Below, one piece after another: positions 7,125 to 18,848 of a stretch of DNA of 45,611 bases (its first letter is position 1; each line of letters begins with the position of its first letter). The notes beneath the pieces were generated by a model. It worked only from the letters and a program-made list of their open reading frames with translations, did no database searches and had not been told where the DNA came from. This DNA comes from Thiohalocapsa sp. GTDB taxonomy: Bacteria > Pseudomonadota > Alphaproteobacteria > ATCC43930 > CGMCC-115725. Made by a program: the position numbers and the translations under genes. The stretch spans positions 1 through 45,611 of the forward strand of contig JBLMXS010000401.1 of assembly GCA_050257895.1 (NCBI GenBank), given 5' to 3'.

Positions 7125-9516
7125 ATGAGCAGCGCCACAATGGCCTGGGGGGCCTGGGGAGCCTGGGGGCTGGCCGGCATCCTGCTGCTGGCGGCGGTTC
7201 TGCTCCTCCTCCGCAACCGCCAGCTGGCGCGGCGTCTCGCCGAGCGGCAGCGGACCCAGGCGGCGGAGACGGCGGCGGCGCTGCGGGCGGCGAGCGAGCT
7301 GGCCGACGGGGCGGCGCGTGCCAAATCCGACTTCTTCGCCAATGTGAGCCACGAGATCCGGACGCCGATGAACGCCGTCATCGGCCTGTCGAACCTCTTG
7401 TTGAAGACGCCGCTTACGCATCACCAGCGCGGCTATCTGGCGAAGATCCAGCAGGCGGCGCAGATGCTGCTCGAAATCGTCAACGACATCCTCGATTTCT
7501 CGAAGCTGGAAGCCGGCAAGCTGGCCCTCGAACGCACCGAGTTCGAGGCCGACGAGATCCTCGACCGGGTCGGCAATTTGATCGGCGGCAAGGCTGCCGC
7601 CAAGGGCCTCGAGCTGATCTTCAACGTCGACCCGCGGCTCGATTTCACGCTGATCGGCGACCCGCTGCGGCTCAGCCAGATCTTCGTCAACTACGTCACC
7701 AACGCCGTCAAGTTCACCGATCAGGGCGAGGTCGAGCTGATCGTCAAGCGGCGCGAGGAAAGCGCGGCCGAGGTGCTGCTCTATTGCGCCGTGCGCGACA
7801 CCGGCATCGGCCTCAGCCCGGCGCAGCGCGACCGGCTGTTCCAGCCGTTCCAGCAAGCCGACAGCTCGATCACCCGGCGCTACGGCGGTACCGGGCTCGG
7901 GCTTGTCATCTGCAAGAATCTGGCGGCGGCGATGGGCGGCGAGGTCGGCGTCGACAGCGCCCTCGGACAAGGCAGCATTTTCTGGTTCACCGCCCGGCTC
8001 GGCAAAGGCAGCGCCGCCGGCGGCGATGCCTTGCCGGCGCGGCTGCGCGGCCTCTCGGTCCTCGTCGTCGACGACCACCCGCGCACCCGCGAGGTCGCTG
8101 CGACAATGCTCGCAGCTGCCGGGTTCGGGGTCGCCGCCGCCGCCTCGGGCCGCGAGGCGGTCGATGCCGTCGCCGCCGCCGGCGCGAGCGGCGCGCCGAT
8201 CGCTGGTCCTGCTCGATGCCGAGATGCCGGAGCTCGACGGGTTCGAGACCGCTGCCGAGATCAATGCGCTCCGCCTCCAGGCGCCGCCGAGGATCGTCCT
8301 GACGATCGGCGCCTGGGGCGAGGAGGTGACCGACGAAGCGCGCCAGGTCGGGGTCGAGTATCTGCTGCCGCAGCCGTTCACGCCGTCGCTGCTGCTCAAC
8401 ATCGTGAGCCATGCGCTGCTCGATCCCGAGAGCGCCACGGCCGCACCTGCGCCACCGGTGGCGGCGGAGCGGATTGCGGCGCCCCCCGTCTGGCGCGGCC
8501 GGCGGCTGTTGCTCGTCGAAGACAACGAGCTGAACCAGGAGGTGGCGAGCGGCCTGCTGGCCGAGTCCGGCTTCGCCGTCGAGCTTGCCGCCGACGGTGC
8601 CGCCGCGCTCGACAGGGTGCTCGGCCACTCTCCCGATCATTACGCCGCGGTGCTGATGGACATGCAGATGCCGGTGATGGATGGTCTCGCCGCCAGCCGC
8701 GCGATCCGCCGGGCGCCGGGTTACGGGGCGCTGCCGATCATTGCGATGACGGCGAACGCGACGATCGAAGACCGGGAGCGGGCGCTGGCGGCCGGGATGA
8801 ACGACCATGTCGCGAAGCCGATCGACCCCGATGGCCTGCGCGCCGCCCTCGCCGCCTGGGTCGGCGGCGAGCTGCCGGCGGCAGCGGACATGCCGGCATC
8901 GGCTCCATCCGTGGCGACGCCGGCGGATCTGCCCACGATCGCGGGGCTCGACACGGCCGCCGGATTGCGCCGCATGATGGGCAACGCCGCCGGATATGCC
9001 GAGCTGTTGCGGCGCTTTGCGGACGGCCATCGCGGCGACGGCGCCGCCATTGCCGACCTGCTGCAGCGCGGCGACCGGGACGCGGCCGACCGCCTCGCGC
9101 ATACGCTGAAGGGGCTCGCCGGCAATCTCGGCGCCGAAGAGGTCGCCGCGGCAGCGGCGGCGGCCGAAAGGGCGCTCGGCGACAAGGCGGCGGCGGCGGC
9201 CCTGCTGCATCTCGATGCCGTGCGCGGCCGGCTCGCGGCTGCGATAGAGCGACATCTGCCGTCGCCGGCGCCGCCCCGGATGGGGCAGGCGGCGCCGCAG
9301 TTCGCCGGCGGGACATGCCAACGGCTCGCGACTCTCCTGGCCGACAGCGATGTGGCGGCGATCCGCTTTTTAACCGACAATTCAGAGGTTCTGCGCGACA
9401 CCCTTGGCGAGCACTTCGAGGCGGTCGCGCGGGCTGCCGAGGGGTTCGATTTCGCCGCGGCGCTGACGGCGCTGCAGCGCGCCGTCGGCGATCTCGCGCC
9501 GCTGCCCGAACCTTAG
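7125..9516 (+). pseudogene. hybrid sensor histidine kinase (TM-HisKA-HATPase-REC-REC-Hpt), frameshifted inside the first REC domain
   Basis: The frame of ORF 7125.. carries the H-box [33 protein letters not shown] and the REC start [10 protein letters not shown] up to ...ASGAPI (about nt 8201). The domain then continues in the frame of ORF 7903..9516 with [15 protein letters not shown], a second REC ([11 protein letters not shown]...[12 protein letters not shown]...VAKPI) and an Hpt domain ([13 protein letters not shown]). The reading frame must move +1 near 8200-8203. Confidence 0.75.
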
Positions 9517-9544
9517 GCCCGAACCTTAGGAGAGCAGGCACGCG

Positions 9545-10723
9545 ATGGAAGCGTCGCTGGGATTGCCGATCGGCGTTATCGAGCCGCCGACCATCTTGAT
9601 CGTCGACGATGCGCCCGAGAACCTGGCGGTGCTGGCGCAGGCGCTCGCCGACACTTATCGCGTCAAGGCGGCGCGCGACGGCCAGGGCGCGCTGCAGATT
9701 GCCGCCGGCGATCCGCCCCCCGACCTGATCCTGCTCGACATCGTCATGCCAGGGCTCGACGGGTTCGAGGTCTGCCGGCGACTGAAGGGCGAGGCGGCGA
9801 CGGCCGGCATCCCGGTGATTTTCCTGACGGCGCGCACGCAGATCGAGGACGAAGAGCGCGGGTTTGCGCTAGGCGCCGTCGACTACATCTCGAAGCCGGT
9901 CAGCCCGCCGGTGGTGCGCGCGCGCGTCAAGACCCACCTGCAGCTCAAGGCGAGCAACGATTTGCTCAAAAACCAGAACCAGTTCCTCGAGAGCGAGGTA
10001 GACCGCCGCACGCACGAGGTGCGCGCGATCCAGGACGTCGCGGTGCTGGCCGTCGCCTCGCTCGCCGAAACCCGCGACAACGAGACCGGCAACCACATCC
10101 GCCGCACCCAGTTCTATGTCCGCAGCTTGGCGATGCATCTGCGCCGGCATCCGCGCTTCCGGGCGGAGCTCGACGATGCGGCGATCGACCTGCTCTATAA
10201 ATCGGCGCCGTTGCATGACATCGGCAAGGTCGGCATCCCCGACCGCATCCTCTTAAAGCCGGGGCGGCTGACGCTGGAAGAATTCGAGATCATGAAGACG
10301 CACACGACGCTCGGCCTCGACAGCATCATGCAGGCCGAGCAGCGGCTCGGCAGCCCGGTCGGCTTCCTGCGCTACGCCAAGGAGATCGCGCTGTCGCACC
10401 AGGAGAAGTGGGACGGCTCCGGCTATCCGGAAGGGCGGCGCGGCGAGGAGATCCCGCTGTCGGCGCGGCTGATGGCGGTGGCCGACGTGTATGACGCGCT
10501 GATCAGCCGGCGCGTCTACAAGCCGCCATTCTCCCAGGAGAAATCGCTGACCATCCTGAGCGAAGGGCGCGGCAGCCACTTCGACCCCGACATTCTCGAC
10601 GCCTTTCTCGGGCATACCGGCGAGTTCAAGGCAATCGCCGAGCGCTTCGCCGACCACGACGAAGAGATGGCAGCCGCCGCGGCGCGCCAGGCGCAGGCGC
10701 TCGGGGAGCGGCCGCCGGAATAG
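9545..10723 (+). CDS. response regulator with HD-GYP domain (RpfG-type c-di-GMP phosphodiesterase)
   Basis: The REC domain shows [24 protein letters not shown] and YISKPV. The HD-GYP domain shows [13 protein letters not shown] and [18 protein letters not shown] lies upstream of the ATG. Confidence 0.9.
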   Translation: MEASLGLPIGVIEPPTILIVDDAPENLAVLAQALADTYRVKAARDGQGALQIAAGDPPPDLILLDIVMPGLDGFEVCRRLKGEAATAGIPVIFLTARTQIEDEERGFALGAVDYISKPVSPPVVRARVKTHLQLKASNDLLKNQNQFLESEVDRRTHEVRAIQDVAVLAVASLAETRDNETGNHIRRTQFYVRSLAMHLRRHPRFRAELDDAAIDLLYKSAPLHDIGKVGIPDRILLKPGRLTLEEFEIMKTHTTLGLDSIMQAEQRLGSPVGFLRYAKEIALSHQEKWDGSGYPEGRRGEEIPLSARLMAVADVYDALISRRVYKPPFSQEKSLTILSEGRGSHFDPDILDAFLGHTGEFKAIAERFADHDEEMAAAAARQAQALGERPPE

Positions 10724-10884
10724 GCTTCCGGACGCGACTGCCCAAAAAACGACATAGTTGATCCGCCGCCGGCCTTGCCGAGCTTGGCAACTTCCGATGG
10801 CCTCCTGTAGTGTCGCAACGATCGTCGGCCGCGCCGGCGAGCGGACGCTGGAACAGCGCCGCGACATAATGTGGGAGGAAACCG

Positions 10885-12624
10885 ATGCTCGATCTGCTGG
10901 AACAGCAGAAGAAGCTGACTACCAACCAGTACAAGATATTCGCCGCCGCGACGATCGGCGACATGCTCGACTTCTTCGACTTCTTCCTGATCGGCATCAT
11001 TCTCGCGTACATCGTCAAGCCATGGAACCTCACCTTCGGCGAGTCGGGCGCGATCCTCTTGGCGTCGGGCATCGCCGCGCCGTTCGGCTCCTCGTTCTGG
11101 GGCTGGGTGTGCGACAAGATCGGTCGCCGCAAGGCGATGATCTTGACCATCCTCAACTTCTCGATCCCGACGGGGCTGATGGCACTGACTCCGGATGGTA
11201 ACTGGTGGTTCCTGATGGTCTGCCGGCTGTTTGTCGGCCTCGGTGTCACCGGGCTCTACGCCGTCGACATCATCGTCGTGCAGGAATTCGTGCCCGCCTC
11301 GAAGCGCGGCTGGGTCACCGGCATCACCACGTCTCTCTTGCCGGCGGGTCTGCTGCTCGGCGGGCTCGTCGGCAAGTACCTCGTGCACGACATAACCTTC
11401 ACCGCAGTTTGGATCGGGGACCATCCATTTACTATCGAGGGTTGGCGCAACGTCTGCCTGATCGGGCTAATTCCGGCCGCCCTGAGTCTGATGGTGCGCG
11501 CTTGGGTCCCCGAATCGCCACACTGGCTGATCCGCCGCGGCCGTCACGAAGAGGCGCGCAAATCGATTGCCTGGGCGCTGATGGTCGACCCGGCGACGAT
11601 CAAATTGCCGGAAACCGTTCCCGAGACGCAGCACACGCCGTGGCGCGAGCTGTTCAAGTACCCTCGCAGCCTGATCGTCGGCTGCCTGGTGGGGCTCACT
11701 CAGACGGGCGGCGTCGCGCTGGCGCTGTGGCTCGTAGTGCTGCTGAAGCTGGTTCTCAACATCAGCGCCGCGGAGGCCTCCGGGCTGCTGATCTGGTACA
11801 GCTTCATGGGGATTTTCGGGCGCTTCTTCTGCTCGTGGATGTCGGATGCGCTGGGCCGCCGCACCGGCGGTATCGTCGCCTCCGTCGTCGGCGGTGTGGC
11901 TATGTTCCTCGCCGGCTATCTGCACAATCTCTACATCGGGCCGATGTCGCCCTACACGTCGGTCTTCTACCTGCTGCTCCTGGTGCAGACCTTCTTCGGC
12001 AGCGGCAATTATTCGATCGTCGGTCCCTACATGGCCGAGATCTGGCCGGCCAATTTGCGGGCCAGCGGCATGGGCGTGGTCTACGGCGTCGGCAACCTCG
12101 GCAAGTTCATCGGCCCGTTGGGCCTGGCGCTGATCGCCGGCTCCGACAACTACGTCAAGCCCGCGGCGACGATGCATGCGCTGGTCCCGGGGTTTGCCTA
12201 TTTCTCCTACTGGTACCTGCTCGGCGCCTTCGCCTTCTGGCTGATCGGCCATGAGACGAAGGGCCGGACGATCGACGACATCGACACCGAGATGCTGGCG
12301 CTGCAGGCGCGCACGCCGCAGGTGGTGCTGGCGATCTGCGGGATCATCGGCGGGGCGATGAGCGTCGCGATCGGGCCGTTCGTGCCGATCGCCGTCTTTG
12401 TCGGGGTCGGGATGGCGGTGCTTTCGCCGATCGCCGGAGGCGTCATCCTGCTGTTGTCGGTGGCGGCCAGCCTCGCGCTCTACGGGATCACGCTGACCAG
12501 CGTCCTCGGCCTGCTCAGCCTGCTGGCGATGATCCTGACGGCGGTCGCCGGTGTCGCCGCCCTGATGACCGCCTTCAGGCACCCGGCGACGCAGCCGCAG
12601 CCGCAGCCGGTCCGGCTGAGCTGA
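10885..12624 (+). CDS. MFS transporter with an extra C-terminal multi-TM extension
   Basis: GGGAGGAA lies upstream of the ATG. MFS motifs are present (GWVCDKIGRRKAM, 12 hydrophobic segments, ETKGRTIDDID at the usual C-terminus). About 108 further residues follow, with 3-4 additional hydrophobic segments. Confidence 0.85.
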   Translation: MLDLLEQQKKLTTNQYKIFAAATIGDMLDFFDFFLIGIILAYIVKPWNLTFGESGAILLASGIAAPFGSSFWGWVCDKIGRRKAMILTILNFSIPTGLMALTPDGNWWFLMVCRLFVGLGVTGLYAVDIIVVQEFVPASKRGWVTGITTSLLPAGLLLGGLVGKYLVHDITFTAVWIGDHPFTIEGWRNVCLIGLIPAALSLMVRAWVPESPHWLIRRGRHEEARKSIAWALMVDPATIKLPETVPETQHTPWRELFKYPRSLIVGCLVGLTQTGGVALALWLVVLLKLVLNISAAEASGLLIWYSFMGIFGRFFCSWMSDALGRRTGGIVASVVGGVAMFLAGYLHNLYIGPMSPYTSVFYLLLLVQTFFGSGNYSIVGPYMAEIWPANLRASGMGVVYGVGNLGKFIGPLGLALIAGSDNYVKPAATMHALVPGFAYFSYWYLLGAFAFWLIGHETKGRTIDDIDTEMLALQARTPQVVLAICGIIGGAMSVAIGPFVPIAVFVGVGMAVLSPIAGGVILLLSVAASLALYGITLTSVLGLLSLLAMILTAVAGVAALMTAFRHPATQPQPQPVRLS

Positions 12625-12679
12625 GCCCGGCTGCACCGGGCTGCTGCGGCGGTTGGCCGAGCGCCACCGCCGCGGCAGC

Positions 12680-13670
12680 CTATTGCTGCAGGACGTCGGG
12701 GAAGATCAGGTTGAAGTCGAGATCGGTGCCGGGACGGCGCAGCTGCTGCGGCAATGGCGGGAAGCGGCCGACCGCCTGCACCATCGCTTCGATCCTCGTG
12801 TCGATGTCCGGGTAGCCGGAGCTGCGCTTGATGTCGATGCGGCTGATCGTGCCGTCGTCGAGCACTGCGATCGACAAGGTCGTGCGGCCGCGCCGTCCGG
12901 CAAGAAAGGCCGGCGACAGCATGTAGAGATAGGGCCGCGTCAGCTGCTCGAGTGAGGCGAGGTAGTCGCCGCCGCCGGCGCCGGCGCCGGTATTGGCCGT
13001 CGCCGCCGCCGCCGCTGCCTTCGCCGCCGCCGCCGTCGAATGTCCGACGGCCCGGGTTGCCGTCGCGGCGGGCGGCGACGGCTTTGCCGGCGGCACGGCG
13101 GCGCGCGTCTCCTTGCGCGCCGCGGCGGCTTCCGGCGGCGGCGCGACAGCGGCCGCCGGCGCTGGCGCCGGAGGCGGCGAGGGGGGTGGCGGCGGCCCAG
13201 CTTCGCCCGGCGGGGCTGGCGCGGCGTCTTCCGCAATGGCGTCTCCGGCCGGCTGCTCCGGCGGCAGGGCCGCCGGCGCCGCGAACACCAGCTGCACCGG
13301 AAAGGCGCCGCCCGTGTCAGCCGGCGCGCCATTGCCGACGGCCAGCGCCAACAGGCCGAGCAGCAGAACGACGAGGTGCATACCGAGCGAGGCGGCGACG
13401 CCGCTCGGCGAGGTGCCCGGCGCCGGCTCCGGCGGCGGCTCCTCCGGCGCGGCGGCCGCGGCATCGGGCTCGGACAACGCGAACCGCGCCATTCCGGCGA
13501 GCCACGGCGCGGCGGCGACCTCGAACATCGGCAGCGGCGGCTCCGGCTGCTCGAACTCGACCCAGAGCGGATCGGCGAGAAACACCGGCGCGAGGCGGCC
13601 GTCCTCTTCCGGCCAGATCGGCGTCAGGTCGAGCGTAAACGGCGCCTGCGGGTCGTCCGACGGGATCGTC
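12680..13670 (-). CDS. TonB-family C-terminal domain protein (paralogue 2)
   Basis: The C-terminus (TLSIAVLDDGTISRIDIKRSSGYPDIDTRIEAMVQAVGRFPPLP) has a TonB_C-like fold signature. One TM segment (GMHLVVLLLGLLALAV) and a long Pro/Ala-rich linker precede it. I prefer GTG 13670 as the start; the track start 13852 would overlap the upstream gene by 167 nt. Confidence 0.65.
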
Positions 13671-13685
13671 ACATTCGGTCGCCGC

Positions 13686-14744
13686 CTAAAGGGGGACGCC
13701 GTTGCGGAACGCCAGCTGGAAATGCACCGGCATGCTGTAGCCCTGGAACCATTGCGGGATCGGCGGAAAGCGGCGGACTGCCGTAACCATCCGCTCGGCC
13801 CGCGCGTCGATGTCGGGATAGCCGGAGCTGCGCACCACCGCGACGCGCGCAATCCTGCCGTCGCCGAGGATGACGATGCTGAGCACCGCGATACCGCTGC
13901 GGCCGGCCAGCAACGAGGCCGACAGCATCCCGTAATTGCGCCGGATCATCGCCTCGCAGCGGAACAGGTATTCGTCGCGCGTCGCGGCCGGGCCGAGCAC
14001 GTCGCCGGGATGCGGCATCGCGTGCGCCGGCAGCCGCGCCGCCGCCACCCGCTTCGTTGCCGGTCGCGTGGTCGGTTGCGCTATTGCTTTCGGTGGGAGC
14101 GGTGCCGGCGTCTCCGCCGGGGGCGCCGTGGGCAGCGGTTCGGCGAACCACTTTGCCCCCGTCATCGCCGGGCTCGGCAGCGCCGACACCAGTTTCGGCG
14201 GCAGGGGGCGCGGCGCCGGCGGCGCCGGGGGTTCGGGTCGCGGTGCAGTTTCCGGTGACGGCGCGATCGGCGCCGGCTGCGGCGCTTTCGCCGCCGGATC
14301 GCCGATGTCGATCGATGCAATCGGGCCGCGCGGCGTCGGTTGTGACTTCGGCGCCGGCGGCTTCGGCGGTGGTGGCGGCGGTTCCTCCAGCACCAGCGTC
14401 ACCGGGATCGGCGCCGGCAGCGGCGCCGCCGCACCGCTCCAGGCCAAGAACAGCAGCAGCGGCAGCAGATGCACGCCGAGCGAGGCGGCGATCCCCCAGC
14501 GCCAGGCGCTCCGCTGCCGATCGGCCGGCACCGACGCCAATCGCGGCGCCTCGATGCTGGGCCCCTCGTCGAAGCCGATGATGACGGGGCCGGTGCCGAG
14601 GTGCGGCTCGTCGCGCATTTCAGCCGGGACGCCACCCGGGACGCCACCGACCCCCCTGTCGACGGCCAAATCGGGCGCTTCTGCGCCCACCGCCACGCCG
14701 CTGCCATCGGCCGGCAGGGTGAAGTCGCGCAGCGCGTCGGGCAC
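13686..14744 (-). CDS. TonB-family C-terminal domain protein (paralogue 1)
   Basis: GTG start 22 nt after the ligA stop. It has one TM segment (WRWGIAASLGVHLLPLLLFLAW) and a Pro-rich linker (EEPPPPPPKPPAPK...). The C-terminus is VLSIVILGDGRIARVAVVRSSGYPDIDARAERMVTAVRRFPPIP. Confidence 0.7.
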   Translation of the reverse strand: MPDALRDFTLPADGSGVAVGAEAPDLAVDRGVGGVPGGVPAEMRDEPHLGTGPVIIGFDEGPSIEAPRLASVPADRQRSAWRWGIAASLGVHLLPLLLFLAWSGAAAPLPAPIPVTLVLEEPPPPPPKPPAPKSQPTPRGPIASIDIGDPAAKAPQPAPIAPSPETAPRPEPPAPPAPRPLPPKLVSALPSPAMTGAKWFAEPLPTAPPAETPAPLPPKAIAQPTTRPATKRVAAARLPAHAMPHPGDVLGPAATRDEYLFRCEAMIRRNYGMLSASLLAGRSGIAVLSIVILGDGRIARVAVVRSSGYPDIDARAERMVTAVRRFPPIPQWFQGYSMPVHFQLAFRNGVPL

Positions 14745-14766
14745 GGCCTGGTCCTGCCGGTGCCGC

Positions 14767-17029
<2,263 letters not shown>

Positions 17030-17046
17030 CGCGGCGGTCTTGCCGC

Positions 17047-18723
17047 TCATGACTGCGCCCCGGCGATCAGGCTGGCGGCGGCGGCGCGCGCCTCGGCGGT
17101 GACGATGCTGCCCGACAGCATGCGCGCGATCTCCTCCTGTTTGGTGTCGTCATCGAGCTCCTCGACGCGGGTGACGGTGGCGCGCTCGGCCTGCTTTTTC
17201 GCGACCCGCCAGTGATGCGCGCCGCGCGCCGCGACCTGCGGCGAATGCGTGACGACCAGCACCTGCAGGCGGGCGCCGAGACGCTGCAGCCGCTCGCCGA
17301 CGGCCGCCGCGACGGCGCCGCCAATGCCGCTGTCGACCTCGTCGAAGATCAGCGTCGGCACCGAGGACGAGCCGGCCAGCACCAGCTTCAACGCCAGCAT
17401 GAAGCGCGATAGCTCGCCGCCCGAGGCGATCTTTGCCAGCGGCCCGAACCCGGCTCCGGGATTGGTGGCTACCTCGAAATGCACGCGCTCGCTGCCGTGC
17501 TCGCCCCATTCGGCCTCGGGAAGTGGGGTCAAGACCGTGCGAAAGCGCGCCTTGTCGAGCCGCAGCGGCTGCAGTTCGGCGGCAACGGCGGCATCGAGAG
17601 CGGCGGCCGCCTGCCGGCGCGCCTGCGTCACATCGGCGGCGGCGGCGACATAGGCGGCGCGTGCCCGCGCCACCGCCGCCTCGAGCGCCATCACCGTGTC
17701 TTCGCCGGTGGCGATCGCCATCAGCCGCTCGGTTATCGCGGCCCGCAACGCCGGCAGGTCGGCGACCGCGACATTGTGCTTGCGGGCGAGCGTGCGCAAC
17801 GCGAACAGCCGCTCCTCGACCTCCTCGAGCGCCCGCGGATCGAGCTCCAACGCGTGCGCCGCGCCGCTAAGGCCGGCGAGCGCCTCGGCGGTTTCGGTCG
17901 CCGCCCGCTCGGCCGCCGCGATGGCGCCGTCGAGCAGGCCCTGCGCCCGGTCGCGGGTGCGCTCGAGCCGGCGCAGGGCGCGGTACAAGGCCTGCGCGGC
18001 GCCGCCGTCGCCGTCGATCTCGGCGATCGCCTCGGCGATTGCCTCGCCGAGCCGCTCGGCGTTCTGCAAGAGGGCGCGGCGGGCCGCGAGGCGCTCCTCC
18101 TCGTCGCCCTCCGGGACGAGCGCGTCGAGTTCGGCCTTGTGATGGTGCAGCAGATCCTCTTCGGCGCGGCTCTCGGCCAAGGCCCGCACCGCCGTGGCTG
18201 CGCGCTCGCGGGCGGCGCCCCACGCGCGCCAAGCCTCTGCCAATGCCACGAGCGCCCGAGGCTGAGCGCCCAGTGCATCGAGCAGCGCGCGATGCGTCGC
18301 CGGATCGAGCAGGCCGCGCTGCTCGCCCTGGCCCTGGATCTCGACGAGGCTGTCGCCGAGCGCCCGCAACAGCCCGACGCTGGCCGGCTCGTCATTGACG
18401 AAGGCGCGGCTCTTGCCGTCCGCGGCGACGAGGCGGCGCAGGACGATGGTACCGGCGAGGTCGGCCGAAAGCCCGGCGTCGCGCAGCAGCGCCGCCGCCG
18501 GGTGGTCGGGGTCGACGGCAAACTCGGCGGTGACGACGGCCTGCTCGGCGCCGGGGCGCACCAAAGCGGCGTCGGCCCGGCGACCGAGCGCCAGTCCCAA
18601 CGCATCGAGCAGAATCGACTTGCCGGCGCCGGTCTCGCCGGTCAGTACGCACAGCCCCGGCCGGAACGCGAGGCGCAGCCGGTCGATCAGCACAATGTCC
18701 CGAATCGTGAGCCCGAGCAGCAT
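17047..18723 (-). CDS. recN: DNA repair protein RecN
   Basis: MLLGLTIRDIVLIDRLRLAFRPGLCVLTGETGAGKSILLDAL (Walker A), a long coiled-coil middle region and C-terminal ASGGELSRFMLALK, LIFDEVDSGIGG. Start taken at ATG 18723; the track start 18789 is TTG. Confidence 0.95.
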   Translation of the reverse strand: MLLGLTIRDIVLIDRLRLAFRPGLCVLTGETGAGKSILLDALGLALGRRADAALVRPGAEQAVVTAEFAVDPDHPAAALLRDAGLSADLAGTIVLRRLVAADGKSRAFVNDEPASVGLLRALGDSLVEIQGQGEQRGLLDPATHRALLDALGAQPRALVALAEAWRAWGAARERAATAVRALAESRAEEDLLHHHKAELDALVPEGDEEERLAARRALLQNAERLGEAIAEAIAEIDGDGGAAQALYRALRRLERTRDRAQGLLDGAIAAAERAATETAEALAGLSGAAHALELDPRALEEVEERLFALRTLARKHNVAVADLPALRAAITERLMAIATGEDTVMALEAAVARARAAYVAAAADVTQARRQAAAALDAAVAAELQPLRLDKARFRTVLTPLPEAEWGEHGSERVHFEVATNPGAGFGPLAKIASGGELSRFMLALKLVLAGSSSVPTLIFDEVDSGIGGAVAAAVGERLQRLGARLQVLVVTHSPQVAARGAHHWRVAKKQAERATVTRVEELDDDTKQEEIARMLSGSIVTAEARAAAASLIAGAQS

Positions 18724-18848
18724 CGATGACCGGCGACCAAAGGCGCCGCCCCCATCCCGACGGCGGACGGTAGCGGCAACTGAAAGCAATTAAGGACAGT
18801 ATAGCACGAGAGCGGGTGGCTTCGCCGTCGCGGGTGCTTCCCCCGCTT

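Noticed and set aside
7032-9321. Antisense ORFs 7032..8525 and 7987..9321, and the continuation of ORF 7125 to 9599
   Set aside because: No domain signatures and Arg-rich composition. The kinase domains are read in two + frames joined by the frameshift. The stretch 8203..9599 in the first frame is nonsense that stays open only because of the GC content.
6349-10723. Defence-system reading of the PRTase plus two-component genes (retron-type PRTase effector, or Detocs-like HK/RR)
   Set aside because: There is no reverse transcriptase or msr/msd-like structure. The PRTase is PyrE-like throughout. The regulator's output is HD-GYP, not a nucleoside phosphorylase, and there is no Hpt-only buffer gene. 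The genes are on opposite strands.
10784-10800. TTGGCAA upstream of the MFS gene as a sigma-54 -24 element
   Set aside because: The -12 TTGC element is missing at the required 5-nt spacing; gatgg is found instead.
12680-13852. Full-length 390-aa version of the second TonB-like ORF
   Set aside because: The first ~60 codons overlap the upstream paralogue's C-terminus in another frame and encode Arg/Ser-rich nonsense. The GTG at 13670 gives an N-terminus parallel to the paralogue.
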